Shown here: piece after piece, positions 9,859 through 18,559 of the stretch
How the letters are laid out: the number at the start of each line of letters is the position of its first letter
Position numbering within the stretch: position 1 is the first letter of the stretch
Source of the DNA: an uncultured Candidatus Saccharibacteria bacterium
GTDB taxonomy: Bacteria; Patescibacteriota; Minisyncoccia; Phycocordibacterales; UBA1006
Length of the DNA stretch: 64,000 nucleotides
Reading direction: 5' to 3'
NCBI GenBank assembly: GCA_964601935.1
Contig: CAZROP010000001.1
Coordinates: 275,661-339,660 of the forward strand
Notes under the pieces: generated by a model
The model's database searches: none
Told to the model about the DNA's origin: nothing
Seen by the model: the letters and a program-made list of their open reading frames with translations, nothing else
Program-made: the position numbers and the translations under genes

Positions 9859-10812
9859 TTACGCAATATGCTCTCGACCATGATCGGTCAGTTCGCGACC
9901 GCGGGCGGTACGTTCGATGAATCCCAGGCGCATCAGATAGGGTTCTATGACGTCTTCCAGGGTCCCCTCGTCTTCGTCCAGGGCTGCTGCCAGGGTTTTG
10001 ATACCCGTGGGGCCACCATTGAATTTGTGTGCCAGAGTATTCAGATAGTCACGGTCGATTTTGCCCAGTCCACGATGATCAACGCCCAACATGTCCAGAG
10101 CCGCCACAGCCGACGGTCCATCGTACGCGGTATGGTGAACCTGCGCATAGTCACGGAAGCGCTTTATCAGATAGTTGGCAGTACGTGGTGTAGCGCGAGA
10201 TGCAGATACCAGCACGTCAACAGCATCAGAATCCAGTGCTATATTCAGCAATCCTGCAGAGCGGTTAATAATATGCGCCATTTCAGCATCATTATAGGGG
10301 TCCAATCGGTATACGCCACCGCTGAATCGCGCGCGCAGAGGTGCTGATAATAGGGCGATACGTGTAGTTGCTGCAACTAGGGTAAATGGTGGTAGATCCA
10401 GCTGTATTGTGCGTGCGCTAGGCCCCTTACCGACCATAATATCCAATACACCGCGTTCGAGGGCGGGGTAGAGGACTTCTTCTATCATTTTGTTCAGGCG
10501 ATGGATTTCGTCCACGAATAGGATGTCGCCGGGCTGCAGATTGGTAATCATGCTGGCGACGTCGCCGACTTTTTCCAGAGCAGGTCCTGATGTGGTTTTC
10601 AGCTGTCCGCCGATTTCGGATGCGATGAGCATGGACAGGGTGGTTTTGCCCAGACCAGGCGGTCCGTATAACAGCATGTGTTCCGGCTGGTGACCACGCT
10701 CGCGGCTGGCGGAGAGATGTACCTGAATGGCGCGTTTGGTGTCATTCTGACCAATATATTCATCCCAATTGGCAGGGCGCAGCAGTGTGTCGAGATTCAG
10801 ATGAGAGGACAT
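9859..10812 (-). CDS. ruvB: Holliday junction branch migration ATPase RuvB
   Basis: LRP...YIGQ, GPPGLGKTT, DEIHR, FTLVAATTR, EPYL...RTARGR. Confidence 0.97.
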   Translation of the reverse strand: MSSHLNLDTLLRPANWDEYIGQNDTKRAIQVHLSASRERGHQPEHMLLYGPPGLGKTTLSMLIASEIGGQLKTTSGPALEKVGDVASMITNLQPGDILFVDEIHRLNKMIEEVLYPALERGVLDIMVGKGPSARTIQLDLPPFTLVAATTRIALLSAPLRARFSGGVYRLDPYNDAEMAHIINRSAGLLNIALDSDAVDVLVSASRATPRTANYLIKRFRDYAQVHHTAYDGPSAVAALDMLGVDHRGLGKIDRDYLNTLAHKFNGGPTGIKTLAAALDEDEGTLEDVIEPYLMRLGFIERTARGRELTDHGREHIA

Positions 10813-10867
10813 ATGAGGGGATTATAGCATATTCAGGTTGTCGACTGGGGGTGTCTCGCTATTCCAA

Positions 10868-10948
10868 AGAAAAAGGCTGCATAGCGTGAGATTTGCTATG
10901 CAGCGATGACGAGAGTTTGTTGTATGAAGAAAAGAATCGCTTTCTCTA
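10868..10948 (-). ncRNA. candidate ~80-nt small RNA
   Basis: Minus-strand TTGAAT-N16-TACAAT promoter (10982-10954), no ORF, terminator gctgcatagc/gctatgcagc plus U-tract (10904-10870). Confidence 0.35.
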
Positions 10949-10989
10949 GAGAGATTGTAACATGTTCTGATTTGAATTCAATCTGGATA

Positions 10990-11123
10990 ACAAAAAAGAG
11001 CTTATCCGGACAATACCGCACAAGCTCTCGTAGGAAATCACCCGACTGTTGCTAGGGAGGATCGCATAACGATTTCTCCTAGCTCAGACAAAATTAATAT
11101 AGACGCTATATGAGAAAAAACTT
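10990..11123 (-). ncRNA. candidate ~130-nt small RNA
   Basis: Minus-strand TTGACA-N16-TATACT promoter (11157-11130), internal hairpin 11051-11083, terminator gagctt...aagctc-UUUUUU (11027-10992), no credible ORF. Confidence 0.45.
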
Positions 11124-11298
11124 ATAGAAAGTATATACCTATGAATGAGTGTGTCAATAGGTAGTCTTTGAAAACCTAACGTTGAGGCTGCAGAGAGGGG
11201 AGTAAGAGACATCACCCTGAAAAGTGACTCCCTCCTAGTCTCCCAAGAGTTAAGAGGGAGGAACGAACGGTTCGGGTCGCGTCGTAGACGCGACCAAC

Positions 11299-11340
11299 CA
11301 AACCCCACCCCTAACCCCTCCCCTTTGCTAGGGGAGGGGA
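11299..11340. repeat. C/G-run palindromic repeat, family B
   Basis: caaaccccacccctaacccctcccctttgctaggggagggg, closely similar to 16930-16969 and to the reverse complement of 16824-16863. Confidence 0.8.
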
Positions 11341-11392
11341 ACCCGAACCACTAGACAAACACATAATCATGTTTCATAATGTACTTCATAAG

Positions 11393-11420
11393 TTGACACA
11401 GAATTATTTAGTTGTATGGT
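11393..11420 (+). promoter_or_regulatory. sigma70-type promoter of cassette 1
   Basis: TTGACA-N16-TATGGT. Confidence 0.6.
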
Positions 11421-11467
11421 GAATTTAGTTTACACACTTTATCTCACACTATAAAAACTTATTGGTG

Positions 11468-11998
11468 ATGAAAGCACTGAACAAGGGTTTTGCGTATTTT
11501 TTTGCATTGATGGCTTGTATCTCGCTGATGCTCGTCTCTTGCAATACCCAGTCTGAACTCGTAGACAATTGGGTACCGGGCAATCTTGCTGTTATCAGTA
11601 ATTCTGCAGAAGGGCTGGTTCAGATTCTCGGCGGGAGTCAGGAGACGGTAGTAATTGCCGAGCATGGCAAGAATCGGCTCGTAGGGAAAGAAGGGTCAGT
11701 ATTCGATCAAGACTCGGTTTCTCGTCGTACTGCAATACAAGCTGCCGTTTCATTCCGTGATGCTAACGGAAACTGGCATGCTCTGGATAACTGCCTGGTA
11801 ACCCCGGGTACCAAGAAACAGGACCGCGTGACATTTGTTCCTGTCCTAATGCCGACTCAGGCAGAATATAATGGCTGGTGGCTGGTGGACGAACGAATAC
11901 TTGGCGATACTCCGAACGTCAACTCTTGGAGAGGGGCGCCAAAAGCAGTAAAGACCTCGTATAATGAGGAGGATTACACCAACGAAAAGAACGAGTAA
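11468..11998 (+). CDS. putative lipoprotein, cassette 1 gene A
   Basis: MKALNKGFAYFFALMACISLMLVS-C lipobox-like signal; paralogous to 12480 and 13640. Confidence 0.8.
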   Translation: MKALNKGFAYFFALMACISLMLVSCNTQSELVDNWVPGNLAVISNSAEGLVQILGGSQETVVIAEHGKNRLVGKEGSVFDQDSVSRRTAIQAAVSFRDANGNWHALDNCLVTPGTKKQDRVTFVPVLMPTQAEYNGWWLVDERILGDTPNVNSWRGAPKAVKTSYNEEDYTNEKNE

Positions 11999-12285
11999 TG
12001 GATCGTGCGCAAATCTGGAACGGAATTAAGAAACGGTGGCTTGTATGGATTGCCTTTGCGGGGTTGCTCTTTGCCGGGTTAATCTGGGGCTGGATACTGT
12101 CATCTACTAATCCAGTTCAAGGCGACCAGTCTGTCCAAATCGTGGGCAAGCTTCCTGAGCATTTGACAGATGCGGACCTTCGCGCTGCTCGCGAGGCCCT
12201 AGGGCAACTTGATACATGGCAGCCACCTACTACGAACGAAGAAAAAGATTCGACCAATAACGCTGCTCGTTTACTGAGTAACTGA
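11998..12285 (+). CDS. single-TM small protein, cassette 1 gene B
   Basis: TAATG stop/start overlap; W..(K/R)-rich N-terminus followed by one TM. Confidence 0.75.
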   Translation: MDRAQIWNGIKKRWLVWIAFAGLLFAGLIWGWILSSTNPVQGDQSVQIVGKLPEHLTDADLRAAREALGQLDTWQPPTTNEEKDSTNNAARLLSN

Positions 12286-12304
12286 ACGACAGATACGGTC
12301 AAAC

Positions 12305-12367
12305 AAGCCTTGCAGAATTGAATAGTTACCTCTTGGGTGGCTCTCGATTCTGCAGGCTTTTTATTTT
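12305..12367 (+). terminator. long-stem terminator of cassette 1
   Basis: aagcc(t)tgcagaattga...tcgattctgcaggctt plus T-tract. Confidence 0.75.
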
Positions 12368-12420
12368 CACGAGTATGTTTTTGATGCTTTTGGGTGAGGG
12401 TTTTGAAACCTAATAAAGTA

Positions 12421-12448
12421 TTGACATACCACAAAATAGCGTTAGGGT
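12421..12448 (+). promoter_or_regulatory. sigma70-type promoter of cassette 2
   Basis: TTGACA-N16-TAGGGT. Confidence 0.5.
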
Positions 12449-12479
12449 TAGGTTAAAATTCATCAAAAATATTTGTATC

Positions 12480-13013
12480 ATGAAAGCATTGAAAAGATTA
12501 AACTTCTTTGCACTGATGGTGTGCGGCTTTATGCTGTCGCTCGCCTCGTGCGCTTCTGAAAATGGTGGACTTACTCGTTCGTTGGATGTGAACGACTCAG
12601 CGGATCCCCTCGTTGCCACCCTCAGGGAAAACAAGGGGGCCGTGCGCGGTGCCGTCAAAGAAGTTGGTGAGTTCGAGCGCGTTCGCGTTGGATGTATCGG
12701 CTACAATGCCGAACCTCGGGCCTTGGACGGTATGAGTGTATTTACGGTCCTCGAGACGTTCTACGATACGCTTGCGTATGCGATGGTAGCGTTTCAGGGT
12801 AGTAATGGCGAAAAGTTTTGGTACGACGACGTTCGGGTTGGTACAGATACCAAGCCCGGCACTACTGCGGAATTTGTGATACTTGTAGACGAAGAAACGA
12901 AAGAGTCAATAGTCATCGAGAAAGGACGGGTTCCTGTAAAACTGAAGCGGCTTCGATTTTCAGAGTCAGAGGAGAAGCGTCTGTTGCCCGCCCATCAAAG
13001 AGAACAGCCATGA
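12480..13013 (+). CDS. putative lipoprotein, cassette 2 gene A
   Basis: MKALKRLNFFALMVCGFMLSLAS-C signal, 177 aa. Confidence 0.8.
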   Translation: MKALKRLNFFALMVCGFMLSLASCASENGGLTRSLDVNDSADPLVATLRENKGAVRGAVKEVGEFERVRVGCIGYNAEPRALDGMSVFTVLETFYDTLAYAMVAFQGSNGEKFWYDDVRVGTDTKPGTTAEFVILVDEETKESIVIEKGRVPVKLKRLRFSESEEKRLLPAHQREQP

Positions 13014-13279
13014 GGTTCAGCGTTATCCGTATAGCGTCTTCGTGGGATAAGCAACGGAAGAAAATTATCTGGATGATGGTCGCTATCTTTCTATTCCTGG
13101 TACTGGTCGGCTATGGCGTATGGTTTGCATGCCAGCCAGCAAAGTGTCCAGCTATTGGAGAAAGGAAAGTCTCTATTGAGCAGGTCATATTGATTCCTCT
13201 TGATTCCAATATGACGCCTGAACAAATCCAGGAATTTCTCAATGCGTCAGGAGAGGTTCGCACATTACCGCAGGATTAA
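13010..13279 (+). CDS. single-TM small protein, cassette 2 gene B
   Basis: ATGA overlap; MRFSVIRIASSWDKQRKK followed by a TM segment. Confidence 0.75.
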   Translation: MRFSVIRIASSWDKQRKKIIWMMVAIFLFLVLVGYGVWFACQPAKCPAIGERKVSIEQVILIPLDSNMTPEQIQEFLNASGEVRTLPQD

Positions 13280-13296
13280 GAACGAACGACACAATC

Positions 13297-13350
13297 AAAG
13301 ACTTGCACTATAGATAGCATCACTGGATGTTCTATAGCGCAGGTCTTTTT
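13297..13350 (+). terminator. long-stem terminator of cassette 2
   Basis: aaagacttgcactataga...tctatagcgcaggtcttt plus T-tract. Confidence 0.75.
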
Positions 13351-13354
13351 CATA

Positions 13355-13518
13355 TTCTGTCTTCCTGGCCTCCAAGCTGGGATGTGCAAAATAATGAGCG
13401 ATAGCGAATATATTTTGCCATGCAAAGCTCCAGAATTAGAAAAACCAACTGGAGTTCTATAAGTGTTTTGAATCCTGGGTCCCAGATCTTCGCCATGGCT
13501 GCGTCTGGGAAGACGGAA
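13355..13518. repeat. CGTC-type palindromic repeat, family A copy 2
   Basis: TIR ttctgtcttcc...ggaagacggaa; shares blocks with the 1393 and 25154 copies. Confidence 0.85.
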
Positions 13519-13582
13519 GAGGAGGTGCGAGTGTGCTTGTCTTGCCAAATGTACAGAACAATTCTGTAGCGTGAAAAAACGA

Positions 13583-13610
13583 TTGACATATTATGGTATA
13601 GATATATCGT
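13583..13610 (+). promoter_or_regulatory. sigma70-type promoter of cassette 3
   Basis: TTGACA-N16-TATCGT. Confidence 0.6.
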
Positions 13611-13639
13611 GAAGGTAATCATTCACATAAAATTCACTG

Positions 13640-14173
13640 ATGATGAAAGCATTAAACAGTTTCAGATTTGCGGTGATGGTTTGCGCTTTATTTATAGCGC
13701 TTACCTCCTGCGTGGGAATAAAAAATGAAATTCAGAGCGACCTGGGGTCAGGTAGCTATCTTTTCGAGGCATTGGAAAATAGCCCTCAATCCGGAGTGGT
13801 ATGGGAGGTTCAAGGCGATACCATTTTGTATATCCAGTACGGAAAAACTATACCCAGGTATAGCGCCCAAAGCCAATTTAAACCTGAAGGAGTAGAAACA
13901 CTGCACTGCGCCCTAGCGAAAGTTTGCTTTCAATTGGGGTCCCAAGAACCAGAATGTATCAGCAATTGCGCTGTTTCTGTGGCTTCGACAAAAGGAGACT
14001 CAATCCCGATGGCTGCTGTTTTTGTTCCACCTTATTCCGGCCAGTCTGGCTTTTGGGTGTTAATGCACGAAGGCACTGTCCGGGGTTTGCCGGTCGGGAC
14101 TATTACGCGGCCGGCAGGCTGGGCGGCAGGAGGACGGCTCAGTCAGGTGGATCCAAAAAACCAACGACCATGA
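13640..14173 (+). CDS. putative lipoprotein, cassette 3 gene A
   Basis: MMKALNSFRFAVMVCALFIALTS-C signal, 177 aa. Confidence 0.8.
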   Translation: MMKALNSFRFAVMVCALFIALTSCVGIKNEIQSDLGSGSYLFEALENSPQSGVVWEVQGDTILYIQYGKTIPRYSAQSQFKPEGVETLHCALAKVCFQLGSQEPECISNCAVSVASTKGDSIPMAAVFVPPYSGQSGFWVLMHEGTVRGLPVGTITRPAGWAAGGRLSQVDPKNQRP

Positions 14174-14481
14174 AGGTGCGAACTGCTAGTCTGCGAAAAT
14201 TGTGGCAGAGACACAAAGCCCGTATACTCTGTATCAGTATTTTGTTTCTGGTGGCAGGAGGGCTTGCTCCATGGGCTATGCGATTATCAGATCTGCCGGA
14301 TGCCTCCTCATTCCAACATCTCTCGCCTGCACAGCGGAGGGCGCTGGATAGAGCCGCAAAAAATGCAAAAGAGCTGAGCTGGCCGATGCCCAAGCAATGG
14401 GGGCGGGATACTGCGGGTCTGTACTGCAATCAGGGTCCTGTTGCTGCCGAAGAACCTCGATTTCAGAGGTTCGGGGAATGA
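14170..14481 (+). CDS. single-TM small protein, cassette 3 gene B
   Basis: ATGA overlap; MKVRTASLRKLWQRHKAR followed by a TM segment. Confidence 0.75.
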   Translation: MKVRTASLRKLWQRHKARILCISILFLVAGGLAPWAMRLSDLPDASSFQHLSPAQRRALDRAAKNAKELSWPMPKQWGRDTAGLYCNQGPVAAEEPRFQRFGE

Positions 14482-14500
14482 TGAGAGGTAGGTTTATAGT

Positions 14501-14540
14501 AAAAGCTCTTTGGTCAGTTAGATCAAAGAGCTTTTTATTT
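14501..14540. terminator. bidirectional terminator
   Basis: aaaagctctttggtc...gatcaaagagctttt. Confidence 0.8.
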
Positions 14541-14579
14541 TCTCAAATTGTTCAGTAGTCAGTAGTCTATGCAAATAGG

Positions 14580-15068
14580 TCACAGTTCCATAATCATTGC
14601 GAGCATGAGCGGGATAGTCAGAATTGCTGATAGGCAGCTGAATATCAGGCAAATGACGATGGCTGGCTTTATCTTGTTGGGCCACCAGTTGCTCAAGACG
14701 CCTATACAGCACAGGTTGCTGAACCCTCCCCCGAGCCCTATGCTAAGTGGATAACATAGCCATAAATCAAACGGAAACTGAACGCAGATCCAACCAAATG
14801 CCAGAACCCACCCTATGGCTAGGAGTAAGCTCGCTCCTGCTAGTATTTGGAGCGCGTAAGCCTTCTTTGTTTTGGGGGCGATGAGTAGCCATGATGTACA
14901 GCAGGGTGCGGTGATGTTTTCTAGTGGTACATCCAGTGTCATCTCATAAGAAAGCTGTTGTCGATACTTTTGTATCGCCAAGCTTGCTGCACTGAATATT
15001 GCCTGGATCAAGAAGACTAGGCACAGTGTCATAGTAGAATAGCGCATGACTAAATCCAGGTAGTACAT
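14580..15068 (-). CDS. hypothetical multi-pass membrane protein
   Basis: About 4 hydrophobic segments; start uncertain. Confidence 0.6.
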   Translation of the reverse strand: MYYLDLVMRYSTMTLCLVFLIQAIFSAASLAIQKYRQQLSYEMTLDVPLENITAPCCTSWLLIAPKTKKAYALQILAGASLLLAIGWVLAFGWICVQFPFDLWLCYPLSIGLGGGFSNLCCIGVLSNWWPNKIKPAIVICLIFSCLSAILTIPLMLAMIMEL

Positions 15069-15256
15069 GAGTTGTTATATTATTGGGTGAAGAAATAGGG
15101 TTTATATATAACATATACCTGATAAGGAATCAGTCAAGGGGCTCTCATACATTCACAAGCCTGGGTCTGTTGATAGTTCTATTGCGGGCAGGTGCTACTG
15201 GACGCATACTGCATACAAACTATCTACTTTTGTCACGTTATAAAAAGAGAACAGTT

Positions 15257-15709
15257 ATGAAAAGTCTATTGTTATTGGTTTTGGGTTTTTTGGGTTACAA
15301 CTACAACACTACATCTGCGGACGATTCAGTAGTTAAGGTGCTCCAGTCAGGCAAAATGATCACGGCAGAAGTCATTACTCAGCATGGTGATGAGGCACAG
15401 CATGGAGTTCGTATGCTGGAAAAGGGAAAGGCCCGTACTATGCAGTTGCAGGCAATAGTTGTCACGGTAGCATTCTCCTTGAGTGGTATGCATCACACCT
15501 CCAAAGTGCTGGCGGCATACGAGGAGGGCATCGAGGGAAGTGAAGTCCAGGTGGTGGGAATCACCTGGGATGGGAGTAATTACCAATTGTTGACCGAAGA
15601 GCTGGCACGGGACAACGATCTTTGCACCAAGGTCATCCCGCAGCTACCGTTGGTCCCGGGCTGCTCGTGTGTCACCAGGCCAATAAGGGTAAGAGTCACG
15701 AGGCCATGA
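15257..15709 (+). CDS. secreted protein, possible distant paralogue of the cassette A genes
   Basis: MKSLLLLVLGFLG signal; AIVVTVAFSLSG...GSEVQVVGI pattern echoes the A.V.F...G...V.FV pattern of the lipoproteins. Confidence 0.7.
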   Translation: MKSLLLLVLGFLGYNYNTTSADDSVVKVLQSGKMITAEVITQHGDEAQHGVRMLEKGKARTMQLQAIVVTVAFSLSGMHHTSKVLAAYEEGIEGSEVQVVGITWDGSNYQLLTEELARDNDLCTKVIPQLPLVPGCSCVTRPIRVRVTRP

Positions 15710-15733
15710 ATTCCGCTGATTCAGAGGTTTCAC

Positions 15734-15798
15734 AACCGCATAATTTGCATTATATATGACCAAAAAAGTCATATTATATGGCAGATTATGCGGTTTTT
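15734..15798 (+). terminator. long-stem terminator
   Basis: aaccgcataatttgc...gcagattatgcggtt plus T-tract. Confidence 0.75.
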
Positions 15799-15817
15799 GT
15801 TGGGGATAGCGACTCCT

Positions 15818-15848
15818 CCTGTGTCCCCCCTCTAGCTAGAAGGGGAAG
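15818..15848. repeat. C/G-run palindromic repeat, family B
   Basis: tcccccctctagctagaagggga hairpin. Confidence 0.6.
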
Positions 15849-15858
15849 ACCAAATGTA

Positions 15859-15886
15859 TTGACATTACAATATAGTATTGTAATAT
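15859..15886 (+). promoter_or_regulatory. promoter with operator-like palindrome in the spacer
   Basis: TTGACA-N16-TAATAT overlapped by perfect inverted repeat attacaata-tag-tattgtaat (15864-15884). Confidence 0.55.
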
Positions 15887-15929
15887 ATAGGATAGTTAAC
15901 TGATTCAAAAATCTTTAAAATAATACATC

Positions 15930-16724
15930 ATGGGATATCTTCCGCTTATTATAGGGTTAGCTATCCTCTTTGGAGGATCTGGTTACGTTATATATTACCT
16001 TCTTGGCAGACCTCGCCTCCAAGAGATGAAGGCTCGTGACGAGCCTGCTGCGATAAGGTTCACTTACAAGATCCTATTCTTAGGGGCTATGGCGGGCGTA
16101 GCCCTCACAATTTGGGTGCTATACTCTGCAGGGTTAATCACAATGCCTTCTCTAGCCAATGAACAAAGGAACTCCGCTACCGAAGAGCCGTTGGAGCAGT
16201 ATGAGAACGACAGTCCAGGGCAGGTTGCCCAGGAAGCTACTACGAACAACATGACTAAAATCCCGACTCAGATTGGGGTAATACAGGAAGAAAAAAATGA
16301 AAACCCAAAAACTCGAGAGTACACGCTCCCGATGGATGGCAAGAACAATATGATCATCTCGCTCTGTATTAAAAAGGAAGGGGGAAAAGGCTGGAAGGTG
16401 GTCACGCTCAGTATTGCCGACACTCAGACAGTTGTTCGCGACAAATACGCGAATGATACGGTCGAGGAGCCAGTTCTGTGGCTGTACAAGCAGCCAGGAT
16501 GGTTCTCGAGCGCAGATCCTATCTACCTGCGCGAATCGTGGTCCGCTACACTGGATCAGGTTTTTGCAGAGCTGGAATGCAAGTCTCGCAATCCATGGCC
16601 GGAGTACATTCGTGCAGACCATTGGTCTGAAGCAACGGATAGAACGTATCGCTGGGGGAGTGATGCTGTCAAGAAAATGGCAGCAGCCCTGGACGTTGTT
16701 CGTTCCCTTGAAGTAGAGAAATGA
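15930..16724 (+). CDS. hypothetical membrane protein (2 N-terminal TMs plus soluble domain)
   Basis: 264-aa ORF with its own promoter and terminator. Confidence 0.8.
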   Translation: MGYLPLIIGLAILFGGSGYVIYYLLGRPRLQEMKARDEPAAIRFTYKILFLGAMAGVALTIWVLYSAGLITMPSLANEQRNSATEEPLEQYENDSPGQVAQEATTNNMTKIPTQIGVIQEEKNENPKTREYTLPMDGKNNMIISLCIKKEGGKGWKVVTLSIADTQTVVRDKYANDTVEEPVLWLYKQPGWFSSADPIYLRESWSATLDQVFAELECKSRNPWPEYIRADHWSEATDRTYRWGSDAVKKMAAALDVVRSLEVEK

Positions 16725-16739
16725 CTACGTGTATTGCAG

Positions 16740-16808
16740 AACGCATCACATACATTATCGGTACTACCTGTTGGTAGAATTCGATTGAATGTATGTGATG
16801 CGTTTTTT
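16740..16808 (+). terminator. long-stem terminator
   Basis: aacgcatcacatacatt...aatgtatgtgatgcgtt plus T-tract. Confidence 0.8.
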
Positions 16809-16823
16809 GTTTTCTGGGTTTTG

Positions 16824-16969
16824 CTCCTCCCCCTAGCAAAGGGGGAGGTTGGGAGGGGGTTTGTTTCTTGCAAGAGTTAAAAAGGTTGGGATTGAATCCC
16901 TTCTACCCCGAGACAGGAATCCCGAAAGCCAAACCCCACACCCTGTCCCTCCCCTTTGCTAGGGGATGG
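16824..16969. repeat. inverted pair of family B palindromic repeats
   Basis: 16824-16863 is a near reverse complement of 16930-16969; core cccctttgctagggg. Confidence 0.8.
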
Positions 16970-17019
16970 TAACCAAAACATCTTCGCACCAGCTACCTTT
17001 TCATGTATACTATATTCAT

Positions 17020-18201
17020 ATGAATATTATTACCGATCCAGAACGAATTGATGCAGTACTGTCCCGTGGTGTAGTAGAGGTTATTGGCGAGGAGCGCCTG
17101 CGCGAACGAATGTTGGCAGGCGAGCAGTTACGTATCAAATTCGGCATTGACCCGACGAGTGCGCATATACATTTGGGGCGCTCTATACCGCTGTTAAAAT
17201 TGCGTGATTTCCAGTCACTGGGCCATCAGGCTGTGCTAATTGTCGGAACCTTCACCGCCCAGGTGGGGGATACTAGTGACAAAGACGCTGAACGCCCCAT
17301 GCTGTCCGCCGAAACAGTTCAGGAGAACCTGACGAATTATTTAGATCAAGCAGGAAAAATAATTGACATTGCCAGTGCAGAAATTCATTACAACCATACA
17401 TGGCTCGAGCCACTGACATTCGCACAGGTGTCACAATTGTGTGATCAATTTTCTGTGAACGAATTTATATCACGTGATGTTATTGATAGGCGTATTGTTG
17501 CGGGCAAGCGTGTATCATTGCGAGAAATGCTGTACCCTCTAATGCAGGGCTATGATTCTGTCATGGTGCGTGCTGATGTAGAGTTGGGTGGTACTGATCA
17601 GCGATTCAATTGTCTGGCGGGACGCGCTCTGCAAAAATCTGCATCGCAGGAACCTCAAAGTATTATAGTAGGCCCTATTATCAACGGTACCGATGGCGCA
17701 AAAATGAGTTCCAGCAAAGGCAATGTAGTGCGCCTGACCCATTCTCCGGTAGATATGTTCGGACTGTTAATGGCTGCTAACGATGAGCAAATTATCGAAT
17801 ATTTGATAACACTCACACGCGAACCAATAGGCGATATCGCGCTGATGCGGCATCAGCTGGATCAAGGGGTAAATCCTCGCGATATAAAAATGAAGATGGC
17901 GCATGCAATCACTGCCCAGTATCATGGTGCAGATGCTGCGCAGGCAGCGCAGGATGGCTGGATTGCACAGTTCAGCAACAACCAATTACCCGAAGATATT
18001 CCAGAAATTACGCCCAGTGAATGGGATATTGTGACTGTGCTGATAGAGTCTGGGTTGGTATCATCCAAAACAGAGGCACGTCGTATGATAGAACAGGGAG
18101 CAATTCGGGTGAACCAGGAGTCAACACATCTATTGGATCACGTAGTAATACCGGGCGATATTGTGTCTCGTGGTAAACTACATTTTGTGAAAGTGGTGTA
18201 A
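17020..18201 (+). CDS. tyrS: tyrosine--tRNA ligase
   Basis: KFGIDPT..HIHLGR, YPLMQGYD, ELGGTDQRFN, KMSSS, C-terminal S4 domain; start at MNIITD. Confidence 0.96.
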   Translation: MNIITDPERIDAVLSRGVVEVIGEERLRERMLAGEQLRIKFGIDPTSAHIHLGRSIPLLKLRDFQSLGHQAVLIVGTFTAQVGDTSDKDAERPMLSAETVQENLTNYLDQAGKIIDIASAEIHYNHTWLEPLTFAQVSQLCDQFSVNEFISRDVIDRRIVAGKRVSLREMLYPLMQGYDSVMVRADVELGGTDQRFNCLAGRALQKSASQEPQSIIVGPIINGTDGAKMSSSKGNVVRLTHSPVDMFGLLMAANDEQIIEYLITLTREPIGDIALMRHQLDQGVNPRDIKMKMAHAITAQYHGADAAQAAQDGWIAQFSNNQLPEDIPEITPSEWDIVTVLIESGLVSSKTEARRMIEQGAIRVNQESTHLLDHVVIPGDIVSRGKLHFVKVV

Positions 18202-18372
18202 TTTACCTTACGTGGCGTTGTCAAGAGGGGTCCAAGATTGGGTAGTTGACATATATATAATATAATGATACATTGTATGCATAGGTTCTATTTCTGTGGG
18301 TTTTTCGGTTGACGCCGAGTTATCCCCCAAACGGTCCCTTGATTTTGTATCGTTCGTGTATATAGTGAGAAT

Positions 18373-18556
18373 ACTATCGTGTCTGATCTATAGTGCTCGG
18401 TATTCTCATTACTTTCGTTTCAGGGTGTGGGGAGGCTTCTGACGGTGCGTGGGCTTGTATCCACGATGTCTTTCGAACCCCTTACTCTATCCCGTCTTTT
18501 CACAGGCTCGTGGAAAGGAAAGTGATGAGAATACTCGGCGGTATCTAGTAGATAGC
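18373..18556 (+). ncRNA. candidate structured RNA, possibly 6S-like
   Basis: 17-bp helix 18400-18416/18518-18534 with G-U polarity favouring the + strand; branch hairpin 18496-18517; promoters TTGATT-N16-TATAGT (18339-18366) and TTGACA-N17-TACATT (18246-18274); terminator at 18560. Confidence 0.55.
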
Positions 18557-18559
18557 AAT

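Noticed and set aside
9694-10347. Long antisense ORFs over ruvB (and similar ones over dnaE, virB4, ileS, PBP1A)
   Set aside because: Shadow frames of well-conserved genes with no motifs of their own.
12285-16810. Long hairpins after the cassettes as integron attC sites
   Set aside because: No consistent RYYYAAC/GTTRRRY ends, each is followed by a T-tract, cassettes have their own promoters, and no integron integrase is present.
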